The notes under the pieces: model-generated
The model's database searches: none
Seen by the model: the letters and a program-made list of their open reading frames with translations, nothing else
Told to the model about the DNA's origin: nothing
Shown: one piece after another, positions 54,049-61,311 of the stretch
Position numbering within the stretch: the first letter of the stretch is position 1
Layout: each line of letters starts with the position of its first letter
NCBI GenBank assembly: GCA_964583975.1
Contig: CAZOXU010000011.1
Location: 1-61,311, forward strand
DNA length: 61,311 nt
Direction: 5' to 3'
Source of the DNA: an uncultured Planctomycetales bacterium
Lineage (GTDB): Bacteria; Omnitrophota; Gorgyraeia; Zapsychrales; Fredricksoniimonadaceae
Made by a program: the position numbers and the translations under genes

Positions 54049-54402
54049 TTACACTTTTTTTAATTTGTTATTGGAATCCAGATAAACAACCTTGGGTTTC
54101 AAGGTCTTGGCTTCTTTTTGGGTACAAATAGCGTAACTTAAAATGATAAGCTTGTCTCCCACATACCCTTGACGGGCGGCAGGGCCATTAAGGCATATCT
54201 CTCCCGAACCAGCTCGACCTGCAATGACATAGGTTTCCAAGCGATTGCCATTATTCACATTAAGCACATGGACTTTTTCGCCAGGAATCATACCGACTGC
54301 TTTAATAAGGTTTGAATCAATGGTAATGCTGCCTTCATAATAGAGTTCTGCAGCGGTCAATGTGGCTTGGCCAATTTTAGATTTTAGCACTTCAATTTGC
54401 AT
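54049..54402 (-). CDS. panD: Aspartate 1-decarboxylase
   Basis: LKSKIGQATLTAAELYYEGSITID with the G-S self-processing site. 117 aa. Confidence 0.92.
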   Translation of the reverse strand: MQIEVLKSKIGQATLTAAELYYEGSITIDSNLIKAVGMIPGEKVHVLNVNNGNRLETYVIAGRAGSGEICLNGPAARQGYVGDKLIILSYAICTQKEAKTLKPKVVYLDSNNKLKKV

Positions 54403-54468
54403 TACAAACTCCTAAATGAGTCCTGCAACTTAACAGGACGAATTTATCCCGAGCTATCGGCGAGGGAT

Positions 54469-54789
54469 CTATAAATGCGGATTTAATTTCGCTAATAATT
54501 TATCCTTAGGCATGGCCCCCACAAACTGGTCTACTGGCTCGCCTTTTTTGAACACAATCAGGGTTGGAATCGACATAACGTTAAATTGACCTGCCAAATC
54601 AGGCGATTCATCGACATTAAGCTTGGCAACCTTCAATTTACCCGCCAATTCGGTCGCGACTTGGTCAAGAATGGGGCTAAGCATCTTGCAAGGTCCACAC
54701 CATTCAGCCCAAAAATCCACCAAAACTGGGATCGAGCTGTCTAAAACCTCAGTTTTAAAGTTATTTTGATCTAAGTGTACTGCTGCCAT
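54469..54789 (-). CDS. trxA: Thioredoxin
   Basis: WAEWCGPCK active site. 106 aa. Confidence 0.93.
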   Translation of the reverse strand: MAAVHLDQNNFKTEVLDSSIPVLVDFWAEWCGPCKMLSPILDQVATELAGKLKVAKLNVDESPDLAGQFNVMSIPTLIVFKKGEPVDQFVGAMPKDKLLAKLNPHL

Positions 54790-54838
54790 AGTGTTACTCC
54801 TTTGATAAGAGGATCTGAAAGATCCAAATTGAGCTCGT

Positions 54839-54867
54839 ATTATATAGGCTCATTAATTATATATCAA
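54839..54867 (-). promoter_or_regulatory. Sigma70-type promoter for trxA
   Basis: The minus strand reads TTGATA (54867..54862), a 17-nt spacer, then TATAAT (54844..54839). The ~45-nt leader contains a GGATC-tgaaa-GATCC hairpin and an AAGGAG RBS. Confidence 0.5.
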
Positions 54868-54889
54868 ATAATATTATAAAGGGTTGGAG

Positions 54890-57800
54890 TTATGATGCCG
54901 CTGCCAGCTGGGTGACTGGTGTCTGGGTACTGATCCCTAAAAACTTCCTGAGATCAGTCATGGGCTGGATATTGATAATCACGGGATAAAAACCTGGGGC
55001 GTTTTGCAGTTGGGCAAGCTGTGCTGGGTCTAAATTAAACTTTATACCTCCATTAGCATTTTGGGTTTGTAGAAATTTGTCAGAGGTAAGGTCAATACCA
55101 CCTTTTTTGATCATTGCGCTATCTCTGACTAATGAACCTTTCTTAAATAAACTTGAAGCATTAGTCATAGCCGCATCTTCTGCCTTAGACATATCTAAAA
55201 TCTTCGGAAGGATTTCAACACCCAAAGACAATATTCCTGACAGATGCGCGCTAGGCGATCCTGGAATACCTTTTCCTTGAAAATAACTCGGCGGCTTTCC
55301 TAAAGAGCCGAAAAGTCTCTGACTATCTTCGGCAGGCGTCAACTCATCATCTACGACAGTGGCAAGCAAAACATTCTGACCATCCTTGGATGGCACTGCA
55401 GAAGCCAATTGATCCAAGTTTAAATCTCTCATAACTGAATCGACATCTTCTGGAACGAGCCCTTTTTGACGGAATAATTCTTGAATACCCGCATATCGAT
55501 CTCCCTGACTCCAAAGAAGGTGAGAATAATTAACGATAGGGACTATTGTGAAAAGATTTCGCACTAATGGATCTATCAGGTAGGTGCTTGTTGCCACACT
55601 ACCCGTAATGCTTTGCCCTGTTACAGATATTCTAGAGGGATCTATTTCTGGACGATCAGCAAGCCATCGTACAGAAACCAAGGTATCGGCAATCGATTGC
55701 ATAATAAAAGTTTTAAACTTTTCTGCATCAAAATCCAAAGCCACATATCGTTGTACAGAATTCATTCCTTGTGTTCCAGCAGCTGAACGTTTAGCGTATA
55801 AAGGCATTCCTACTTCCAATACCGCAACGCCTTTGCTAGCTAAATAAATAGAAATAAGACGGGCCAGCGTATCTTGTTCATAAAAACTACACAAAACGAC
55901 TCCGGGTAAAAGTTTTCCATCAGTTGTTTTAGGAAGGAAATATCTCGCATAAACATGTTCTGAATTAGGAAAGGCGGATTTATTAAAGGCAGATCGATAG
56001 GTTAGTTCTTGAATAGAAAACGGCTGAGCTTCAGGTGGAGATGTCTTTAATCTTTCTACCATTTGAAGCAGATCAGCAAGCAAAGGAGAATTTTTCATCA
56101 ATTTCTTTAACTGACCGAGAATATAATTAAGAGCTGCATCATCAGTTAAGGCCAAAATTTCTTCTTGTGTCAATGAGCGCAATTGATAATCAACGGTGTT
56201 AATATTTCCCTGAGGATCTCGATCTATCTTTAAATTCGTATCAGTTGGAAGAAATGCGATGTTCTGAGATAGATTTAAACCTGTTAGTTGAGATAATTCT
56301 TCTACAACATCTCTACCTTGTGCCATCGCAGCATCTTGCTTAGGATCGCTCTCCGCTTCCCAATTACCTTTAAAATCTGGAACGACTTCAAAATCATAAT
56401 CAAAAATGTCAAAAGTAATGGTTGATTCAATTAATACCGGTACTGGAAACTCTCCTTCGCGAGAGGGCGCCAACCATTGTAAATCAAAATTTCCAAGAAC
56501 ATCTTGGTCTAAATGAATACCCACCTTATTCAAACGTGCGACAAGAAGTTGAAAATCATGCCGAATGAGTTCATAAACATACGTTTGAAATTCTTCCCAT
56601 CTATTAGGATCTATTCCATAGGCCGCTAAGACATCACGATACCTTTCATCTTCTTTCAACAAGTCATAAGCTTGTTCACGTCCAGAATTATTGGAAAAGA
56701 ACGAAGAACTACCGATACGGGTACTCTGAATCCAGGATGGAGATCTAGAAAAATCTGGATCAGGTTCAAACTTACCGGTTTTTAAATTTCCTCGAAATAA
56801 AAAACGACTTTCGTAAGATTTTCCGTCTAATTTAAAAGCGTTAAAAACAGATTCCATTCCTCCAGAATCATAAATTCTTTCATTCAAAACAACTAATTTC
56901 CATAAACCATCTAAAATCTCAACGGCATCGGTTGTTGAGGTATCTAATGTAAAATGCATACTGTTTAAATCTGGGTCTCTATAAGGAGTAATTTTGTAGT
57001 TATCAAAATACTTAATGACTTTCTCTTGATAAGGATCTTGAAATGAAGGTGAATTGGTATAAGAAAATGTGATGGTCAGATTAGAATCTTTTCCTTTATG
57101 AATATAAAAAATTCCTCTTCCATAGGAACCCGTGTTGGGTTTGAAAATAACTGGCAAAGAAATCTCACCAGACACAATTTGTTGGGCTACTTCTCTAAAA
57201 TTAGCGACATCTCTTGGGTCTGTTAAAGCTTGTAAATAGGATTCGTCTGAAAAACGCATTTCGTCTAATTCTTGAATCACATCAGAATCTCTTTTAAAAG
57301 CAACAAACCAATCGGGCTGACGAACCTTACCGCCCTTAAGTAATTCCCTCATCCCCCACTTACTAGCCAAAAGTCGCTGTATATCAAGAATACTAACCTT
57401 GGCGCTTTGCATTGCTGCATCAACTTTGTAAACTTCTCGCTTCATAGAATCATAAAAAACCGGCTCAGCATTACTCAACTTCTTCCTTCTCCAATTGATG
57501 ATTCCCACTTGAGGGTCAACCATAGATTGGACACCTAGATTAACCATAAGGGCACTCGCTTGAATGCTATGGACAAAAGCTACAACGATGATCTTCCTTC
57601 CTCCATTAAATTTCTTTCTTAATTTCATCCTAGCTTTAAAATCATCCAATCCTTTCTTAGTTCGAATCAGAAGATTTAAATAACTTTCCGAAGGAGAATG
57701 ACCTGAAATACTAGGTAATGTTGCAGTCGCATCCATGCCTCTATTAAAACGATATAAGAACTCTCGCACACCTCTTCCTTCTTTTTGAATATCTGCTACC

Positions 57801-60800
57801 CCTTTTTCATCGAGCAATCCCAAGGATATCTCATCTAAAAAGCTTTCCACATTTGGTTCAATCTTATGCCCTGTTTTATCTTTAACTAGATCCAGAAAAT
57901 CTTGGGCAGTTTGTTGAGTACGATCTTTGGAACTAGTTATAACAACCACATCTGCATTAGATTCAATGTCAGGCCTTAGTTTAGAAAACAAAATCTTTGC
58001 CCCCGCTAGTGACTGTTCCTTACCTTTTAGAGTTAATAAATTTCTTCTTCCTGGAATTAAAATACCTGCATTAGAGTATGTTTGCCCATGTCTTTCCCAA
58101 TAAAAACTAAAATCATCTTGCGAAATTGAAACAAGAGGATCTATTCCATTGAATTTAATTTGACCAGATCCATTAACTAAAACCTTCTCATCTAACTCTT
58201 TTAAGGGTTTCCATTCCGATGGTCTGAGTAAATAAAATCGTGAGATTCCTTTAAAATTTCTCAATACCACCTCTCCTAATTTAATTTCATTAGGATTAAT
58301 TTTCGCAAATCGAATACGCAGCACCGCACCGTCTTCATCTCGCAAAACATCCCTTCTGTCTAAAAGACTCACCTCCGCTTCAGGATGAATTTTCTGAGCA
58401 TAAGAACGCATACTTAATAGACCTTCACCTTTTCCTCCAATTCTGTGATTACCAGCTAACTTTTGAGCTAATTTCTCTTCAGTAGTTTCAGCCTCTTTGA
58501 TAGATAATCCATTGTTTACTACATCAATATTTACAAAACCATCTTTTTCATAAACATAAAAATCAATTTTTAAACTTTTGTTGTCTGGTATTTTACCAAT
58601 GTCTATTCCATGTATAAAAGCATCCGCAGAATTTTCTATGGCATGAATAAATATAGATTCTAACAAAGAAACCACAAGTCTTTGATGACCGTCTTTATGG
58701 ACGACCAGCATTTTCTGGGATCCAAAATCTGAACTCTGATTTCCTAAAATAGAGGCAATTTTGTGATCCATAGGAAGGACGATTTCTTCTAATCTTCCCC
58801 ATACTCTTTGTAGTCCTTCTTTTTTAGAAAGGCTGGTTAATATTGGGAAATCTTCTTTAGAAAATTCGATCGTTCCTAAAGAAAATAACTTTTCCGCCTC
58901 CATCGCTGCATCTTTTGTGGTCGATCTTAATAAGGATTCCAAATCTTGTCTTACGCTCTTATCTTTAGGATCAAGCTCTATTGCTTTTCGAAAGGCCGCT
59001 TCTGCCCTCTTAAAATCATGTAACTTGGTTAGCACGCGTCCAAGACTTTTATAGGCATTTGTATACCGGGGGCTCTCTTCTATTGCTTTTAAATAAGCCT
59101 CCTCCGCTCCTTCTAAGTCACCTTTATTTTCCAATAAAAATCCTAAATTGTAACGTAGCCAAGAATTTCTTGAATCAAGCTTTATGCCTGTTCGAAAAGA
59201 CGCTTCAGCTCGTGCTAAATCACCCTTCTTCATCAATAGAAGTCCAAGATTGTTATAAGCGATTTGGTATTTAGGATTTATCTTTAATGCTGTTAAATAT
59301 GCTGTTTCAGCTCCTGTTAAATCACCTTTACTGTCTAACAAATCCCCTAAAGAAACGTATGCACTCATATCTTTAGGATCAAGCTCTATTTCTTTATGAT
59401 GCGCAGCCTCTGCTCCTGCCAAGTCTCCTTTATGCATCAGAAAAATTCCTAAATTCTGATAAAAACTTCCAATTATTCCTAATTGCCACGGTAAAATCCT
59501 AACAACCTGCAAATCATTCTTTCCTTTAAAATCAAATGTTAAACCTTCATTAGAGATATCTTTTTCGATTGGCAATTTCACAATAAAACTAAAATCTAAT
59601 TCTCCCGAAGGCCTCAACTCCTCAGAAGGTTCTGCGATATAGTATCGTCCATCAGATAACCTAACTAATATAAAGACATGATCTATTTCTGAAACCAGGT
59701 AAACCTTCTTAATTCCAATTGCATCCAAGTACAATGCCATTAAAGCACTTCTGCCGACACAATTAATTTCCTTAGTAAGTCGTATCCGAATTGGAGAGGC
59801 TTCATTTAAAGCAGAATAATCTTTATCTGTCCACCCGTGCATTTTGATAATTAACCGCATAATTTTATTGATGGCTTGGATTTCAAGCTCTGCACCAGCT
59901 AAAGGCGATCTCTCTCTTGCCTTTTGTATTTCTGCCTTTAATTGCTCTGTATCAATCTGATCAAAACGCTTAGCTTTCCTTTGAAACCCAAACGACTCTA
60001 ATGAAGAGAGCTTTGGTGACTCATTCTTAGATCTTGCTAAATCTTCTTTTAATAAATGCATCCCTCTTAAATAAGTTTGATTTTCTATATCAATCTGGAC
60101 ATGGCGTACGGTCAATTGAATGGCTTTGGTCATAAGAGTCTGCAGCTCATCAAGTTTCTGTGAATCTTTTAACCCAAGCCATTCTTTAATCTCTCTTTCT
60201 TGCTCCAAATCTAGGGGCTTTTGATTTGAAGAAACATGATCCACATGAAATCCATCCGGGATTTTCAAGTCACTATTGTCTTGAGCCAAAATGTATCCTA
60301 AAGCATCAAATAGACCAATAACCTGTTCATGTTCTTGAGTTTTTTGATTCTCATATCTCTGAGCCAAATACCTTGCAGCGTCTCTAAACTTTCCAGAAAT
60401 TCTAGGCAAGGTTCGTTCCTTATCGCTCAAAGGAAGATCCCTAATCTTTTGTGTTAATTCTATAGTTTCTTTAACGTTTATGTCTTCTGGCAACTTGAAA
60501 TGATAAAAAATTTCCCCATTGGTATTCGCAAGCTTTTCAGGTACTAGAAAATCAACCGCTTCTTGACCTCGCGGAACAAATTGCACAACAATATGATCTG
60601 TTAATGGCAGCCAGGCGTATTGATCCTTCTGTCCTTTCTGCGAGCCCGCAAAACGCTTGCGTTCTTGCTCAGTTTCCCATACTGGTTTACTTAAAACTTG
60701 ATCAAGTTTAACTTCTATTCTCATTTTCCCTGCAAGACTAGTCATGGCCGAATCACCAATCACAGATGGGTCTTGACTAATTCTCATAGCTTGAGAAGGT

Positions 60801-61311
60801 TGCAACAACATTCCTCCAGAGAAATATTTGCGAGGCACAGGCTGCTGGGTTATAGGATCAGGCTCTTCTTTGATGTAGTTGTACACGCCTTTTTTGAATG
60901 CTTGGAGGTACCGTTGATAAATTGATTCAACATCCTCGGTAGGGGCAGGCCCCTGTGCCTGCCCGGCTTGAGGGCGACCACGGGGGGTCGCCCCTACGAT
61001 TTTATTCTTATCCGTATACACCCGAGCCAGGATGCTGTCCTTTATTTTCTTCTTGTACCACGTAGCTAGGATTAAAGAATTGTAAACTTGTCTAAGTTGG
61101 GCGAAGTTTTGTCCTTCATTGACTTCGCGGGTGAGTTCGGGGATGACGATTTCACGGATGATGTTATTTCCCAATATATTGGTATCCGTAGGGGCAGGCC
61201 CCTGTGCCTGCCCTTCTTGAGGGCGACCACGGGGGGTCGCCCCTACACCGTTTTTGGATTCCGATAAATAATCTGCCTCTAGCATCACCTTCAACCGCGA
61301 TTCCACCACAT
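54890..61311 (-). CDS. Giant modular exoprotein 2 (>2,139 aa, 5' end off the window edge and apparently continued at 616..1): shared N-module, unknown region, transglutaminase-like Cys protease, TPR, GHKL ATPase-like, histidine phosphatase, ATP-grasp-like, alpha/beta hydrolase-like, shared C-module
   Basis: Uninterrupted 6.4-kb ORF open at the window end. The first codon in the track is an edge GTG, not a real start. Its N- and C-terminal modules are homologous to the 33305..38098 protein. Confidence 0.88.
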   Translation of the reverse strand, partial: VVESRLKVMLEADYLSESKNGVGATPRGRPQEGQAQGPAPTDTNILGNNIIREIVIPELTREVNEGQNFAQLRQVYNSLILATWYKKKIKDSILARVYTDKNKIVGATPRGRPQAGQAQGPAPTEDVESIYQRYLQAFKKGVYNYIKEEPDPITQQPVPRKYFSGGMLLQPSQAMRISQDPSVIGDSAMTSLAGKMRIEVKLDQVLSKPVWETEQERKRFAGSQKGQKDQYAWLPLTDHIVVQFVPRGQEAVDFLVPEKLANTNGEIFYHFKLPEDINVKETIELTQKIRDLPLSDKERTLPRISGKFRDAARYLAQRYENQKTQEHEQVIGLFDALGYILAQDNSDLKIPDGFHVDHVSSNQKPLDLEQEREIKEWLGLKDSQKLDELQTLMTKAIQLTVRHVQIDIENQTYLRGMHLLKEDLARSKNESPKLSSLESFGFQRKAKRFDQIDTEQLKAEIQKARERSPLAGAELEIQAINKIMRLIIKMHGWTDKDYSALNEASPIRIRLTKEINCVGRSALMALYLDAIGIKKVYLVSEIDHVFILVRLSDGRYYIAEPSEELRPSGELDFSFIVKLPIEKDISNEGLTFDFKGKNDLQVVRILPWQLGIIGSFYQNLGIFLMHKGDLAGAEAAHHKEIELDPKDMSAYVSLGDLLDSKGDLTGAETAYLTALKINPKYQIAYNNLGLLLMKKGDLARAEASFRTGIKLDSRNSWLRYNLGFLLENKGDLEGAEEAYLKAIEESPRYTNAYKSLGRVLTKLHDFKRAEAAFRKAIELDPKDKSVRQDLESLLRSTTKDAAMEAEKLFSLGTIEFSKEDFPILTSLSKKEGLQRVWGRLEEIVLPMDHKIASILGNQSSDFGSQKMLVVHKDGHQRLVVSLLESIFIHAIENSADAFIHGIDIGKIPDNKSLKIDFYVYEKDGFVNIDVVNNGLSIKEAETTEEKLAQKLAGNHRIGGKGEGLLSMRSYAQKIHPEAEVSLLDRRDVLRDEDGAVLRIRFAKINPNEIKLGEVVLRNFKGISRFYLLRPSEWKPLKELDEKVLVNGSGQIKFNGIDPLVSISQDDFSFYWERHGQTYSNAGILIPGRRNLLTLKGKEQSLAGAKILFSKLRPDIESNADVVVITSSKDRTQQTAQDFLDLVKDKTGHKIEPNVESFLDEISLGLLDEKGVADIQKEGRGVREFLYRFNRGMDATATLPSISGHSPSESYLNLLIRTKKGLDDFKARMKLRKKFNGGRKIIVVAFVHSIQASALMVNLGVQSMVDPQVGIINWRRKKLSNAEPVFYDSMKREVYKVDAAMQSAKVSILDIQRLLASKWGMRELLKGGKVRQPDWFVAFKRDSDVIQELDEMRFSDESYLQALTDPRDVANFREVAQQIVSGEISLPVIFKPNTGSYGRGIFYIHKGKDSNLTITFSYTNSPSFQDPYQEKVIKYFDNYKITPYRDPDLNSMHFTLDTSTTDAVEILDGLWKLVVLNERIYDSGGMESVFNAFKLDGKSYESRFLFRGNLKTGKFEPDPDFSRSPSWIQSTRIGSSSFFSNNSGREQAYDLLKEDERYRDVLAAYGIDPNRWEEFQTYVYELIRHDFQLLVARLNKVGIHLDQDVLGNFDLQWLAPSREGEFPVPVLIESTITFDIFDYDFEVVPDFKGNWEAESDPKQDAAMAQGRDVVEELSQLTGLNLSQNIAFLPTDTNLKIDRDPQGNINTVDYQLRSLTQEEILALTDDAALNYILGQLKKLMKNSPLLADLLQMVERLKTSPPEAQPFSIQELTYRSAFNKSAFPNSEHVYARYFLPKTTDGKLLPGVVLCSFYEQDTLARLISIYLASKGVAVLEVGMPLYAKRSAAGTQGMNSVQRYVALDFDAEKFKTFIMQSIADTLVSVRWLADRPEIDPSRISVTGQSITGSVATSTYLIDPLVRNLFTIVPIVNYSHLLWSQGDRYAGIQELFRQKGLVPEDVDSVMRDLNLDQLASAVPSKDGQNVLLATVVDDELTPAEDSQRLFGSLGKPPSYFQGKGIPGSPSAHLSGILSLGVEILPKILDMSKAEDAAMTNASSLFKKGSLVRDSAMIKKGGIDLTSDKFLQTQNANGGIKFNLDPAQLAQLQNAPGFYPVIINIQPMTDLRKFLGISTQTPVTQLAAAS
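55310..55942 (-). other. Alpha/beta-hydrolase-like domain in giant protein 2
   Basis: LLPGVVLCSFYEQ..., the IDPSRISVTGQSITGSVA nucleophile-elbow-like segment, and the later VVDDELTP. Confidence 0.42.
56390..57172 (-). other. ATP-grasp-like domain in giant protein 2
   Basis: LPVIFKPNTGSYGRGIFYI (K-P-x-x-G-S-x-G-x-GI) followed by a ~250-aa alpha/beta region. Weak, motif-level only. Confidence 0.4.
57515..58117 (-). other. Histidine phosphatase (phosphoglycerate-mutase-like) domain in giant protein 2
   Basis: The FYWERHGQTYSN RHG motif, with a downstream IVVAFVHSIQASAL second-His region. Confidence 0.5.
58385..58657 (-). other. GHKL (HATPase_c-like) ATP-binding domain in giant protein 2
   Basis: N-box-like IHAIENSADA, G1-like VVNNGLSI and G2-like GGKGEGLLSM, in the canonical order. 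Confidence 0.45.
58940..59482 (-). other. Five to six tandem TPR repeats in giant protein 2
   Basis: Recurrent 34-aa units: GDLAGAEAAHHKEIELDPKD, GDLTGAETAYLTALKINPKY, GDLARAEASFRTGIKLDSRN, GDLEGAEEAYLKAIEESPRY, HDFKRAEAAFRKAIELDPKD. Confidence 0.85.
59636..59830 (-). other. Transglutaminase-like / papain-fold cysteine protease core in giant protein 2
   Basis: INCVGRSALMALYLDAIGI (Cys517) ... IDHVFILVRLSDGRYYIAEP (His544, then an acidic residue). This is the typical C-H-D/E spacing of transglutaminase-like domains. Confidence 0.5.
60939..60997. repeat. 59-nt GC-rich double-hairpin element, copy A, in frame in giant gene 2
   Basis: GTAGGGGCAGGCCCCTGTGCCTGCCCGGCTTGAGGGCGACCACGGGGGGTCGCCCCTAC. 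Stems GGGCAGGC/GCCTGCCC and GGGCGACC/GGTCGCCC, with terminal inverted repeats GTAGGGG/CCCCTAC. It encodes VGATPRGRPQAGQAQGPAPT. Confidence 0.92.
61188..61246. repeat. 59-nt GC-rich double-hairpin element, copy B, in frame in giant gene 2
   Basis: Identical to copy A except for 2 nt in the linker (CCCTTCTTGAGG versus CCCGGCTTGAGG). It encodes VGATPRGRPQEGQAQGPAPT. Confidence 0.92.
61288..61311. repeat. Terminal direct repeat, copy 2, identical to 1..24
   Basis: The last 24 nt of the window exactly equal the first 24 nt. Confidence 0.95.

Noticed and set aside
60939-61246. Possible CRISPR array, from two near-identical GC-rich palindromic repeats about 190 nt apart
   Set aside because: There are only two copies, the spacing is far longer than a CRISPR spacer, and both lie in frame within a long conserved ORF. 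No cas genes are present in the window.
1-61311. Interpretation of the whole window as a circular plasmid or phage genome, because of the 24-nt terminal overlap
   Set aside because: The gene content is core chromosomal (ribosomal proteins, lpx/bam/mla, prs, glmU, hisG, def, lipA). No replication initiator, partition, conjugation, capsid, terminase or integrase genes are present. The overlap lies in a paralogous gene family that could mislead an assembler. It is kept as a finding to be tested, not as a call.

Overview
This is an AT-rich 61,311-nt chromosomal segment from a diderm bacterium, probably an uncultivated lineage (that placement is inference only). It holds about 60 genes, and all but three are on the minus strand. 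The left third is one long co-directional housekeeping array: hisG, a bS22-like peptide, a TPR protein, ispE, tRNA-Gln, glmU, prs, rplY, pth, rpsF, ssb, rpsR, rplI, dnaB, bamA, skp, lpxD, lpxC/fabZ, lpxA, lpxI and a gltB-like gene. The middle carries rmuC, an ABC-F ATPase, RNA-modification enzymes, a GH5/hydrolase/response-regulator group, a hybrid His kinase plus Hpt, and glycan-modification genes. The right part carries greA, ybaB, yggT, mlaFED, lipA, def, panD and trxA. The stand-out content is a pair of paralogous giant ORFs. One is 1,597 aa at 33305..38098. The other is more than 2,139 aa at 54890..61311, and its missing 5' end appears at 1..616. Both share a signal peptide plus a ~300-aa N-terminal module and a ~75-aa C-terminal module (KGGIDL...). 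Between these modules sit completely different strings of enzyme domains: hexokinase plus a UDP-sugar pyrophosphorylase-like module in one, and transglutaminase-like Cys protease, TPR, GHKL ATPase, histidine phosphatase, ATP-grasp and alpha/beta-hydrolase in the other. In both proteins nearly every domain boundary is marked by a D-x-A-M tetrapeptide. GC-rich palindromic elements sit in-frame inside coding sequence (the giant gene, ispE, the rmuC tail). The first and last 24 nt of the window are identical and join the split giant gene in frame. I saw no CRISPR array, rRNA, transposase, integrase or phage genes. All calls come from reading the translations and sequence by eye; no database search was run.
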